A stretch of 62,720 nucleotides of DNA from Promethearchaeia archaeon (GTDB lineage: Archaea; Asgardarchaeota; Lokiarchaeia; Sigyniarchaeales; SOKP01). The position numbers were made by a program, and so were the translations under genes. The stretch is from the NCBI GenBank assembly GCA_029856105.1, contig JAHQWH010000013.1, positions 1-62,720 on the forward strand. Direction: 5' to 3'. Of the stretch, positions 1-9,179 are shown piece after piece. Numbering within the stretch: the stretch's first letter is position 1; every line of letters starts with the position of its first letter. The notes under the pieces were generated by a model, which saw nothing but the letters and a program-made list of their open reading frames with translations, ran no database searches and was not told the DNA's origin.

Positions 1-2
1 AA

Positions 3-341
3 GAAAAGTATAACGTTATAAGGTCTATGTACTTTCAAGGATGTGTTGGTGCATTGTTAGTTTTTGATCTTACACGACATAACACCTTTGACAATATTAA
101 GTCAAAATGGTTAAAGGATTTTAAAAACTACGTCAAAAAAGAAGGTGCATACATATTAATCGGTAATAAAGTCGATTTAAACGACCAACGCGTAGTCAAT
201 AGCGAAGAGGGTGTTAACCTCGCTAAAGAGATTAGTGCTAGCGATTTTATTGAAACGAGCGCTAAATATGGCGAAAATGTAGAGAAAGCCTTCAAAAACT
301 TAGTGTTTCAGATATTACGAAATTATGGAGAAAAAATCTGA
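3..341 (+). CDS. Rab-like small GTPase, 5'-truncated by window edge
   Basis: Frame is open from position 3 (EKYNVIRSMYFQGCVGALLVFD, the region after switch II); G4 GNKVD, G5 ETSAK. Confidence 0.9.
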   Translation, partial: EKYNVIRSMYFQGCVGALLVFDLTRHNTFDNIKSKWLKDFKNYVKKEGAYILIGNKVDLNDQRVVNSEEGVNLAKEISASDFIETSAKYGENVEKAFKNLVFQILRNYGEKI

Positions 342-430
342 GATAAAATTGGTTGGTTAAGAAATTTTCAATTATACTTCTTTTAAATTAGTAATAATTC
401 TATTTAATTACAATTCGAGAAACGAAAAAA

Positions 431-1582
431 ATGAAAGAGTTATCAAAAAAGGTTAATTTAGCGCCAAAGTCGAAAATCCGGGAATTGTTCAATCTTGCCG
501 CAGGGCGCCCTGATGTTATAAGCTTGGGAATTGGACAACCTGATTTCTCAACTCCTGAACCCGCAATAAAAGGAACTATTAAGGCGTTAAACGAGAAAAT
601 TACGTATTATGCTCCGACTAAAGGCGTTCCAGAATTATTGCAGCAGCTTGAACATAAATTGAAATCAGCGAATAACATTGAAGCAAATTGGAAAGAAAAT
701 ATTATTGTTACTAACGGGGGCTCACAAGCGCTTAATCTCACGTTTGCCTCGTTGTTTAACCCTGGTGATGAGCTTATTATTTCTTCTCCAAATTTTATCT
801 CATATTTTTATTTAGGTCTTTTTTTTGGCGTGAAAGTAATTGAAGTTGAGAGGAAAAATGATTTTAGTCCAGATATCGAGAAAACAAAAAAATTAATCAC
901 AGATAAAACTAAAGCGATTTTAATAAATTCGCCTAACAACCCTACAGGGCATTCTTTGAGCGGAAAGGAATTGCAAGGAATTGATGAAATTGTTAAGAAT
1001 AACGACTTGTATTTAATTTCCGACGAAGTTTATGAGAATTACCTTTATGATGGGACGGAACATACGAGCCCAGCTTCGTTAAAAGGTATGTTTGAGCGGA
1101 CTATCACCTTAAATGCAATGTCTAAATTGTATTCCGCTACAGGATTTAGATTGGGATATGTGGCTGCTAATAAGGAAATAATTGATTTAATGGAAAAATA
1201 TCATCAATACACAGCAGCAGGCACAAATCACGCGGCCCAATACGGTTTCTTAGAGGCTTTGAAAATGGGAAACGGCTTTTTTGATGAGATTTTGGAGAGT
1301 TTCAATATAAGACGTTTACTAGCTTATAACCGGCTAAAGGAAATGGGTTTTGAAGTTGTTAAACCGAAAGGAGCGTTTTATATTATGCCAAAAATAAACC
1401 AATTTGGTCTTACGGGAGCTGAATTTTCGAAAAAAATAATGGAAGATCAAGCAGTTGCAGTAGTACCGGGTAATATATTTGGATCCTACTCAGAATACAT
1501 GTTAAGAATGTCGTATGCTACTAAATTAGAAAAACTTGAAGAGGCTATGGATAGGGTAGAAAAATTTGTTAAAACTTTATAA
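431..1582 (+). CDS. PLP-dependent aminotransferase class I/II
   Basis: SLGIGQPDF, NSPNNPTG, SDEVY, SKLYSATGFRLG (PLP lysine). Confidence 0.92.
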   Translation: MKELSKKVNLAPKSKIRELFNLAAGRPDVISLGIGQPDFSTPEPAIKGTIKALNEKITYYAPTKGVPELLQQLEHKLKSANNIEANWKENIIVTNGGSQALNLTFASLFNPGDELIISSPNFISYFYLGLFFGVKVIEVERKNDFSPDIEKTKKLITDKTKAILINSPNNPTGHSLSGKELQGIDEIVKNNDLYLISDEVYENYLYDGTEHTSPASLKGMFERTITLNAMSKLYSATGFRLGYVAANKEIIDLMEKYHQYTAAGTNHAAQYGFLEALKMGNGFFDEILESFNIRRLLAYNRLKEMGFEVVKPKGAFYIMPKINQFGLTGAEFSKKIMEDQAVAVVPGNIFGSYSEYMLRMSYATKLEKLEEAMDRVEKFVKTL

Positions 1583-1593
1583 TAATTAAATTA

Positions 1594-2754
1594 TCAATCT
1601 TTTTCTTTGCTGTAAGTCTGTAGAAGAGCGTTTGTTAAATACTCCGTTGCTTGAAATATTTGTTCTAGTTCAATAAATTCGTCTATTTTATGAATATTGC
1701 TTGGATCTCCGGGGCCAAATATTACAAAAGGGATTGGATTATTAACGTTAACGAGATGAGCTGCATCAGTTGCATAGGATAAACCTAAAACCTCGCTTTT
1801 AGAAATTTCTTTTAGGTTTTGAATGAATGGATGGTTTGAGTCTGTTTGAAGCGCAGTTAGCTCATTAATAATCTCTATATCGATAGAGAAGTTTTGTTTT
1901 TGTAGATTCTTCAAATTATCAATTAAAGAGTTATGATCTTGTTCGGGGATTATCCTATAGTCAAGATCTAAGATGGCTTGATCTGGAACTATATTAATTG
2001 CGGTACCTCCATTAATTTTTCCAATATTCAAGGTTGATTTTCCTAAAATAACATTTGATTTTTCTTCTAAACAATCGTATAATTGAGGAATAATTTTTAA
2101 CGCTCCTTCAATTGCGTTAATTCCTTCATGGGGCGTTGACCCATGCGCAGATTTCCCAATTATTTTCAATTTGACCCACAACAAACCTTTTTCACCGATC
2201 CCAATTTTTAAGTTTGTAGGTTCTGCTATTATTAGAAGGATTGAGTCGTTCATAACCCCTTGTTTTGAAAGAGTAATAGAACCTGCCATTCCTGCTTCTT
2301 CATCAGCAGTTCCTACGAATACTAATTTATATTTCTCTAAAAAATCGGGAATTTTACTTAAGTTTTTTATTACGCCTATTAAGGACACGACACCACCTTT
2401 CATATCGGCTGATCCACGACCATATAATCTTCCATTTTTAATTTTAGCTGAAAAAGGAGGGTATTCCCATCGAACAGCGTCTCCAGCAGGCACTACATCA
2501 AAGTGTCCAGATAATACAATTTTTTCTTTTCCATTTCCAATAGTAGATACAAGGTTATGGAGCTCTACACCGTTTTTTATATTTACAATAACCTGGTTTT
2601 GAAAACCGAGTTCTTCCTTAAAAATATCATCTATAAGAAAATTTACAATTTCTTTAGTTGTTCCAGGTGGATTTTCTGAAGGGATTTGGACCAACTTTTT
2701 CAAGATTAAAATAATTTCGTCTCTTAAGAGCTTGGAAATCTTCATTTTTATCAT
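1594..2754 (-). CDS. M20 family metallo-deacylase (ArgE/DapE-like)
   Basis: SGHFDVVP, GRGSADMKGG, ADEE, GKSAHGSTP, HKIDE metal-binding motifs. Confidence 0.92.
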   Translation of the reverse strand: MIKMKISKLLRDEIILILKKLVQIPSENPPGTTKEIVNFLIDDIFKEELGFQNQVIVNIKNGVELHNLVSTIGNGKEKIVLSGHFDVVPAGDAVRWEYPPFSAKIKNGRLYGRGSADMKGGVVSLIGVIKNLSKIPDFLEKYKLVFVGTADEEAGMAGSITLSKQGVMNDSILLIIAEPTNLKIGIGEKGLLWVKLKIIGKSAHGSTPHEGINAIEGALKIIPQLYDCLEEKSNVILGKSTLNIGKINGGTAINIVPDQAILDLDYRIIPEQDHNSLIDNLKNLQKQNFSIDIEIINELTALQTDSNHPFIQNLKEISKSEVLGLSYATDAAHLVNVNNPIPFVIFGPGDPSNIHKIDEFIELEQIFQATEYLTNALLQTYSKEKD

Positions 2755-2756
2755 AC

Positions 2757-2767
2757 TATACGAAAGT
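2757..2767 (+). repeat. Left copy of 11-bp direct repeat TATACGAAAGT (candidate att/target site)
   Basis: Exact copy at 31240-31250; 15/18 identity when extended to the right. Confidence 0.4.
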
Positions 2768-3069
2768 GGAAATCTATTTTTTCTTACTATTTATTATTTT
2801 CTATTTTTAACAATCAAACAATTTAAACGCCTTGTTTAGAAATATATTATGGATAGTCATTGTTTTATATTAAATGTCAAAAAACAGCTTTTCCTAAATC
2901 ATAATGAGTATATGAATAATAAATTTAAATTCTTTTTATTATTTAAATAGCGCAATTTTTAATACCACAAAAAATTCTTAGATTATTCTTTTATAGATAA
3001 ACACTTAAATTAAGATCTCTATTATTGATTTACTAAAATCAGAAATAAAAAATCTAGAGTTAAAAAAAA

Positions 3070-3330
3070 ATGACAAAAAAAAAGTGTTCTTATTGTGGTA
3101 GTACATGGAATCCAGAAAAGGATCATATAAAAGCTAAAAGTAAAGGGGGGAAAACAACTACTAATGCGTGCCAATCATGTAATAGATCAAAAAGCAATGA
3201 TTCTGTTCTTTCTTGGCTAAGAAGACTCAAAAAAAACAAAGAATATCGTTGGACAAGAATTAAAGACTATCAAAAAGGGAAAAGGAATGAGATTGCTAGT
3301 AAAGTTCGAAAGGTTGCAAACGAGAAATAG
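3070..3330 (+). CDS. Small HNH endonuclease
   Basis: CSYC...DHIKAKSKGG...ACQSCNRSK zinc/HNH signature. Confidence 0.8.
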   Translation: MTKKKCSYCGSTWNPEKDHIKAKSKGGKTTTNACQSCNRSKSNDSVLSWLRRLKKNKEYRWTRIKDYQKGKRNEIASKVRKVANEK

Positions 3331-3388
3331 CTAAAAAATTAAAGAATGTAATTTTCTTAATAATAAAAAAAAAAATTATTTAATTATT

Positions 3389-3643
3389 CTAATACTCTTT
3401 TAATCTTTCTTGTTCGTAAATGTCAATCATTCTTGCTGCTAAATCGTCGTTCCAAATCCATTCTATAAATTGACCAGTTATTTTACCGTTCCAAATAGCG
3501 TGTGTATTTAAATATAGTTTCTCAAAAAATTTCATTTTCTTCAAAGCACGTTTGCCAATAATCCGTTTAATGCCGTCTGCGTCGAGAAATTCGTCTCCAA
3601 TTTTTACATGATCGAGATTTGAACTGAATTTTTTACTTGCCAT
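3389..3643 (-). CDS. Hypothetical protein
   Basis: 84-aa ATG ORF with GAGG SD-like sequence upstream; no motif recognised. Confidence 0.6.
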   Translation of the reverse strand: MASKKFSSNLDHVKIGDEFLDADGIKRIIGKRALKKMKFFEKLYLNTHAIWNGKITGQFIEWIWNDDLAARMIDIYEQERLKEY

Positions 3644-3708
3644 TTAAATTTTTCCTCTATCTTGTTTATTTTTTATTTTACTTCTTTTTTTTAAATTCGT
3701 TTTTATCG

Positions 3709-3729
3709 GTGCTCTGGAAGCCAGACCAC
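3709..3729. other. GC-rich hairpin GTG-C-TCTGG-AAG-CCAGA-C-CAC
   Basis: Inverted repeat in an AT-rich intergenic space, just downstream of the 3746..4234 gene. Confidence 0.4.
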
Positions 3730-3745
3730 ACTTACAATAAAAAAA

Positions 3746-4234
3746 CTATTTTAATGATTCTATATTACCCTTAAATCCTTTCAACTGTTCTTCCCAGTCA
3801 TCTGAAAAATTAGGTCTTGGTATTAAATAGAACTCTCTCTGTGGTATATCCTTATGTGCTGAACCATCTCTTTTAGGCGTTTTCAAATAAATTTCATACG
3901 ATTTTTTAATTACTGGTGCTACAATAGTAGATGGAACTATCCAAAACTCTGGAACATTATCTGGCATATTTAACCTTACAAAAGCATAGAATAAGCTTTC
4001 TTTTATCAATGTTTCGGCTTTTTTATTAATCCAAAGAAATTTGTTTACTTTTAAATATGTCGGCTTAACTGAAACAGTTAAAAGTTTGCCTTGTGGATTC
4101 TGAACAAACAAATCAAATCCTTCTGTTCTACCTAAAGACACATTGACTTTAAATCCATGCTTGGCTAACATGTGAGCTATATAGAACTCACCCGCAATAC
4201 CTATATCGTTATTAGATACTTTTAATTTGCTCAT
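3746..4234 (-). CDS. PD-(D/E)XK-fold nuclease-like protein
   Basis: GIAGEFYIAHML...GFDLFV...VSVK pattern typical of small restriction/resolvase-like nucleases. Confidence 0.7.
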   Translation of the reverse strand: MSKLKVSNNDIGIAGEFYIAHMLAKHGFKVNVSLGRTEGFDLFVQNPQGKLLTVSVKPTYLKVNKFLWINKKAETLIKESLFYAFVRLNMPDNVPEFWIVPSTIVAPVIKKSYEIYLKTPKRDGSAHKDIPQREFYLIPRPNFSDDWEEQLKGFKGNIESLK

Positions 4235-4490
4235 ATTTTACCATCCTCTCTGAAAGCACATATATATCTTAATTCACATTTACTACAATCCCCTATATCT
4301 TCCTCGAAATAACTTAAAAACTTTTCTCTTGATTTAGAATCATTTATATTGCCAGTATAATTTAATAACATTTAAGTTTCTTTTAATATGTTTTGAAGTA
4401 GTTCTGAAAATTCAATAGATTCAATTGTTTTATAAACACCTTCTTTATTATATAACTCTAACACTGGAATTATGTTTATATAACTACTAC
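4231..4490 (-). pseudogene. Decayed gene with C-terminal CxxC-x5-C motif, coupled to the downstream nuclease
   Basis: Frame reads ...LLQNILKET*MLLNYTG...DCSKCELRYICAFREDGKI*; in-frame TAA at 4372-4374; TGA overlaps the ATG of 4234 (ATGA). Confidence 0.5.
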
Positions 4491-4772
4491 AACATTAATT
4501 CAATTATTACTTGATGGAAAAACATATTTAGATTAATTTTATTCAAAGAGAGAGCAAGGATTTTCTCTAAAATTGTTATTTAAAGAATCAATTCTTCTAT
4601 TAACCCACACCTTAATTAAAAAGATTTACCAACGATTTATTTTATTAATTCCATTATATTAGTGCCAAATAGCAAAATTTGATTGTTCGTTAAATCCAAT
4701 TTGATAAACTAAGAAAAGTTTTTTAATTTCTAAATACTTATCATTTTAAAATCTAAAAATTAGCATTTTATC

Positions 4773-5522
4773 ATGTTTAATATCATATTACAATCGATTT
4801 ATAGACTTACTCCAAAGAATAGATGGATGGTTGCCGCTCCTATATCATTTGCCTTTAATAACTTGTATTATTTAGAGCTCGAGATATTTCGCCCATTGGA
4901 TGATAAAAGAAAACAAATTCAAGGAAGGTATAGTATTAGGAATATTTATGGTGATCGGAAAACTTTCATAAATGAAAAATTTCTCAATATTATAAAAAGA
5001 AGAATTGTAAAAAAAGAAGAGCCCGAAAAACCGCTCGATATGGATTATAAAGTATGTTTATTGGGTTTAGAAATAAGTGATCCGTTAGATACCCAATACT
5101 TAATTGTAGCAAAAATGTCAGCAATTAATAAAGATCTAATTGATACCCTTCAAACATCAACTCAAAGGAAAACAGAATTAATTAAATTAACTCAAAGATT
5201 TCTTACGCAAGATTATCAAGGTGCGATAAAGGAAGCGGGAATATTTGGTGAATATATTGCTAAGGAATTTCTTAAGAAATTAAAAAAAAAGTTTACTAAT
5301 TTTAAATCAGCAATTGATTGTTTGACAAATTTACCAAAAACTAGCAGATCAAAAATCAACTACAATTATATTGGAAATTTACTACATCCAATATATTACA
5401 TTAGAAATGAAGCAATGCATCCAAATCCAGAAATTTCATTGAATAAAAATACAGCATCAGTAGTTTTAAAAAATTTATCGGGGTTAATTAAATACATTTC
5501 CATCAATAAAATAAAAATCTAA
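4773..5522 (+). CDS. C-terminal HEPN-domain protein (putative RNase toxin/effector)
   Basis: Helical C-terminus DYQGAIKEAGIFGE...IRNEAMHP = E...R-x4-H HEPN motif. Confidence 0.7.
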   Translation: MFNIILQSIYRLTPKNRWMVAAPISFAFNNLYYLELEIFRPLDDKRKQIQGRYSIRNIYGDRKTFINEKFLNIIKRRIVKKEEPEKPLDMDYKVCLLGLEISDPLDTQYLIVAKMSAINKDLIDTLQTSTQRKTELIKLTQRFLTQDYQGAIKEAGIFGEYIAKEFLKKLKKKFTNFKSAIDCLTNLPKTSRSKINYNYIGNLLHPIYYIRNEAMHPNPEISLNKNTASVVLKNLSGLIKYISINKIKI

Positions 5523-5575
5523 AATTAAAATAAGTCTTACCTTGAGATAAAATTTTGTTATCAATTTTTCATAAT

Positions 5576-6139
5576 TTAAGTGTTTAATTCGATTCCAAAT
5601 TCTTTTTTAACATAATCCTTCAAATCTTTCAACATTTGTATGTACAAAGCTTTTGCTTTAACTTTATATAAAGTTAAGTTAGCTTCATCTCTATTATTTC
5701 TATCATTTAAATATATTGTAGGCGAATTATGATATTTAAAATAATGGATTCTATACTTCTCTTTCAGAAAATAAAAATTCTGAACGCTATTAACAGTCGT
5801 CATTTCTCTATGAAATCCAAAATACTTACCTAACTCTCTCTGGTTTCCATCCAGATATCTTAAAATGAAGTCAAGATTTGATGAATGTGGAGTTTCTCCG
5901 AAAAGTTCATCAAGAAAAGTCTTTATTTCTTTATAGTGACGGTTAATAATACTTTTTTCTTCACCAATCTTTATATATCTTTGAAAAAAATATTGTATTA
6001 TTACTGAAACCAATACAACCGAAATCAAATTCAAAAATAAATCTTTTATTTCAATAATTTGAAAAACAAATAATATGATTAAAGAAACAATACAGATACT
6101 AATTATAATGATTAAAATGATTGGACTTTTAATTTTCAT
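5576..6139 (-). CDS. Two-TM membrane protein with soluble C-terminal domain
   Basis: Two N-terminal hydrophobic stretches (about residues 6-29 and 33-51). Confidence 0.7.
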   Translation of the reverse strand: MKIKSPIILIIIISICIVSLIILFVFQIIEIKDLFLNLISVVLVSVIIQYFFQRYIKIGEEKSIINRHYKEIKTFLDELFGETPHSSNLDFILRYLDGNQRELGKYFGFHREMTTVNSVQNFYFLKEKYRIHYFKYHNSPTIYLNDRNNRDEANLTLYKVKAKALYIQMLKDLKDYVKKEFGIELNT

Positions 6140-6236
6140 AATTCTTTAAGATTCATTCCAATTTATTATGTATTAGTTAAGTTTTAATTATTTAAATTAA
6201 TGCTAAGAAAATTAATATAATATTTAAAAATAAACG

Positions 6237-7361
6237 TCATCCATCTCCGTTCCCTGCTTTTTCGATTGACTCCGTTTTCTTTTTTTTTCGCTTGTATTTT
6301 TCGTAGCGAACCCTGTTTATTTCGACAACTTCCCTTAATTCTTCGATTTTCTTAATCCTATAACTCTTTATCAGCGTTTTATACCGTATTTCGTGCCCTA
6401 ACTCTAATTCGTGGTCGATTAGCCGAACGTGGATGGTTTGCGGAAACTTTCCTCCCGTTATCACTAACCCTTTTTTTATTCTTCTTGTTGGTTTTTTGCA
6501 AACTTTACATTTGTGGGGGATGTATTTCGTTACCGTGTGAATAGGTTCTAAATGCTTAGAACTTACGAACCCCGTCGTCTCGTAGGCAGGCTTTAGTTTT
6601 CCGTCGTCTTTTCTCCACAACGCGCAATGGGTAAGTGTGTAAAAAAGCGTGTGGTAAGCGTCTTCCCTGCTTCCAAAATTAACGTAGACCCAATCTTTAA
6701 ATTTTTCCCTAAAATCGTTCGCGTGTAGCACGTAACCGTACCCTATGTAGTGAAAGTGGGGGCTTAGAACCCGTTTTAAGTCTTTGGTTTCGCAAGAACA
6801 CTCGTAGTCTTTTTTTCCGCAAGTTCTACACTGCTTAACCCATAGATCGAGTATTAAAACTCCTCCAAACAGTCCAGATTCTTCTAAAATAGTTTTTACG
6901 ACGAGTTCCCTTCTAAATTTGAGAAAGCTATCGTAATTAGTTAGTATTTCCTTCATTAGCTCTTTTGTCGGGCTTAAGGCGATGTGCTTTACCATACCAA
7001 TTTTAACGCCTTCTTTTGACGCTTTGGCTCTAAGTTCTTTTAATTTCCCGTTTAAATCTCTCGCTCTCGTCGAGGAAGCTTGGATAAAACAAGTTTCGCA
7101 ATCCATTTTGTTGCAATGGTTGTAATGTAGCGTGAGGCTTTTGTATACGTGGTCTTTACACGCGCTAGCTCCTCGAAAGGTGTTGCAGTTGTCCCTGTAC
7201 CTCCCGTCGTCGTGCGTTTTCTCGAAATTCCCGCTCCCAGCGATTATCCAGTTTGCTATTCTCTCGAATTCTAAAGTTTGGTTCTCTTTTATCTGGTCTA
7301 TTACGTTAAATTTGCTTTCAGTTAGGGTTTCTACTTCTACAGCCATTTTTTGTCGTTGCAA
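6237..7361 (-). CDS. HUH rolling-circle initiator/transposase (IS91 / SNJ1 RepA-like)
   Basis: N-terminal Cys cluster (C..C..CNKMDCETC), motif I KHIALSP, GLFGG, motif II SPHFHYIGYG, motif III YHTLFYTLTH, C-terminal CKVC; likely start is the ATG at 7346. Confidence 0.8.
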   Translation of the reverse strand: MQRQKMAVEVETLTESKFNVIDQIKENQTLEFERIANWIIAGSGNFEKTHDDGRYRDNCNTFRGASACKDHVYKSLTLHYNHCNKMDCETCFIQASSTRARDLNGKLKELRAKASKEGVKIGMVKHIALSPTKELMKEILTNYDSFLKFRRELVVKTILEESGLFGGVLILDLWVKQCRTCGKKDYECSCETKDLKRVLSPHFHYIGYGYVLHANDFREKFKDWVYVNFGSREDAYHTLFYTLTHCALWRKDDGKLKPAYETTGFVSSKHLEPIHTVTKYIPHKCKVCKKPTRRIKKGLVITGGKFPQTIHVRLIDHELELGHEIRYKTLIKSYRIKKIEELREVVEINRVRYEKYKRKKKKTESIEKAGNGDG

Positions 7362-7428
7362 ATTTTTTTGATTTCGTTAGATTTTTGTACTTTAATTACT
7401 TCCAATCGACCTTTAAAAACTGCCCGAC

Positions 7429-7449
7429 AAAATTTCGTGTCACGATATT
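7429..7449. promoter_or_regulatory. Palindromic putative operator upstream of rep
   Basis: AAAATTTCG-TGTCA-CGATATT, same layout as AAAATTTCG-CGACT-CGAAAAT at 31147-31167. Confidence 0.4.
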
Positions 7450-7653
7450 CTAAATCTGTTATTTCTCTTAAGAATTCCCCCTTCAATCATTTTGAATAAT
7501 CATTAGATTCTTTAAAATATAATTAATTCTTTTCTTTGAATTATTTCATTTTTTATCTATAAAATCACCCAATTCATATTCCATGATATCTAACTTTAAT
7601 AAAAACATTTTAAAGATTCTTTCTATATGAACCTACCAAAAAATCGGAAAAAA

Positions 7654-8949
7654 TTACTGTTTATTAATATTAAGTTTTTTATGTTTAATAGTACTGGGGT
7701 AAGGAAAATTCCCCCTCAATAGGATGACAATAATTTTAAATCCTTTTTCTTCAAATACGCTAACATCTTTAGTGGAATAATTCTTGGTTTTCTCTGTATT
7801 ATCGTAAACAACAAGAAATCCCACATCTTCCTTTCTATTATAACAATAGTATGCAACTTGATCCTTATGAGCTTCATAGATTTTATCTAAGTCTTGTTCC
7901 GTGTCTTCCACCTTGACATCAACGGGATAATTGTAGATCAAGAAATCAATATCTCCCTTTGCCACTTTCTTGTGGTTTTCTACTTTAGAACCTAAATTGG
8001 AATATAATTGACGATATACCTTATTGTGAAAATCCTCTTCGTCAATATCTTCTTTAGTTTTAAAAAGCGGAATTTGTAGATGTGAACCGTATATGGATAA
8101 AAGATTATCGATAACGGCATTAAACTGCCTTTTGCTCCTCACTTTCTCGTCAATCTCACTACAAATTGCTTTCTTAATCCTTTTTATTTGGTTTTCAAGA
8201 ACAACTTCTGGATAATTTTCATTCCAGTATTCGTCAATTTTATCAAGGATTCGTCTTATACCCTTTCGAGTGCAGCTAAAGAATAGGGAAAGATTCTCCA
8301 TTATTTTCCAACCAGTAGTGTTAAATATTTGCTTGGAGAAATCGGGGGGTCCTGTTCGTGAAGTATATTCGGGGTCTACTGAATCGTAATAATCACCATA
8401 TATACGCCATTTAGTATCTTCATAAATTGTGATTCCATTTCCATCTTTCACGCCAATAGCAAATTCAACGCAATATTTATCAAATTTAGGATCATCTTGA
8501 GGGATTTCGTCTTGATTTCTTGAAACAGCATCATTCTTACTAGAACCCCAAATATCCCAGTAATATAGCATAATTAATGCAAGTTCGTCTTTTTCGTTTA
8601 AGAATTCTACATAAGCTAATAATTCATTAATTATAGCTGAATGCTCTTCAGTGAAGGTCTTTATTTTTTGAATAATTTCTTCATAAGATTCATAAGAAGG
8701 ATTGTTCTTTAATTGATGCATCTGATCTCTGAAGTCTTCTAAAACTTTCAATATATATCGTGTCTTTTCTTCCAATTCATCGATGTTTCTCTCTTTATCT
8801 TTAATCCACCATCGATAAATATGAATTGGTTTGTAATTATTCTTCTTTATATAGATATTCTCGGCTGTCACGAAATACTTGTGAATACGACCAATTGTCA
8901 GTGTTGCTCCTTCAAATAAATCTTTGTGCAACTCTTTGAACGATGCCAT
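7654..8949 (-). CDS. Protein with C-terminal PD-(D/E)XK nuclease domain and unknown N-terminal domain
   Basis: EEDFH...GDIDFLIYNYPVDVKVE...DQVAYYC...GFLVVYD. Confidence 0.72.
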   Translation of the reverse strand: MASFKELHKDLFEGATLTIGRIHKYFVTAENIYIKKNNYKPIHIYRWWIKDKERNIDELEEKTRYILKVLEDFRDQMHQLKNNPSYESYEEIIQKIKTFTEEHSAIINELLAYVEFLNEKDELALIMLYYWDIWGSSKNDAVSRNQDEIPQDDPKFDKYCVEFAIGVKDGNGITIYEDTKWRIYGDYYDSVDPEYTSRTGPPDFSKQIFNTTGWKIMENLSLFFSCTRKGIRRILDKIDEYWNENYPEVVLENQIKRIKKAICSEIDEKVRSKRQFNAVIDNLLSIYGSHLQIPLFKTKEDIDEEDFHNKVYRQLYSNLGSKVENHKKVAKGDIDFLIYNYPVDVKVEDTEQDLDKIYEAHKDQVAYYCYNRKEDVGFLVVYDNTEKTKNYSTKDVSVFEEKGFKIIVILLRGNFPYPSTIKHKKLNINKQ

Positions 8950-9179
8950 TTTTTAATGATATTTTATTTCAATTTTTTTTCTAAATTTTTCTTTAAATAA
9001 TAATGAAAATATTGAAGTATTAAAGTTTAGGTTGAAATAACTATTTTGAATACAGAAAGAAAATTGAAAATATTATGTTTTTTTATATGAAGTGATGGTG
9101 AAAATAACAATAATTCCACAATATGAACACCGTACTATCTTTATTTTTTTCTATTAAACCTTTCATTCCATTATTCTTG

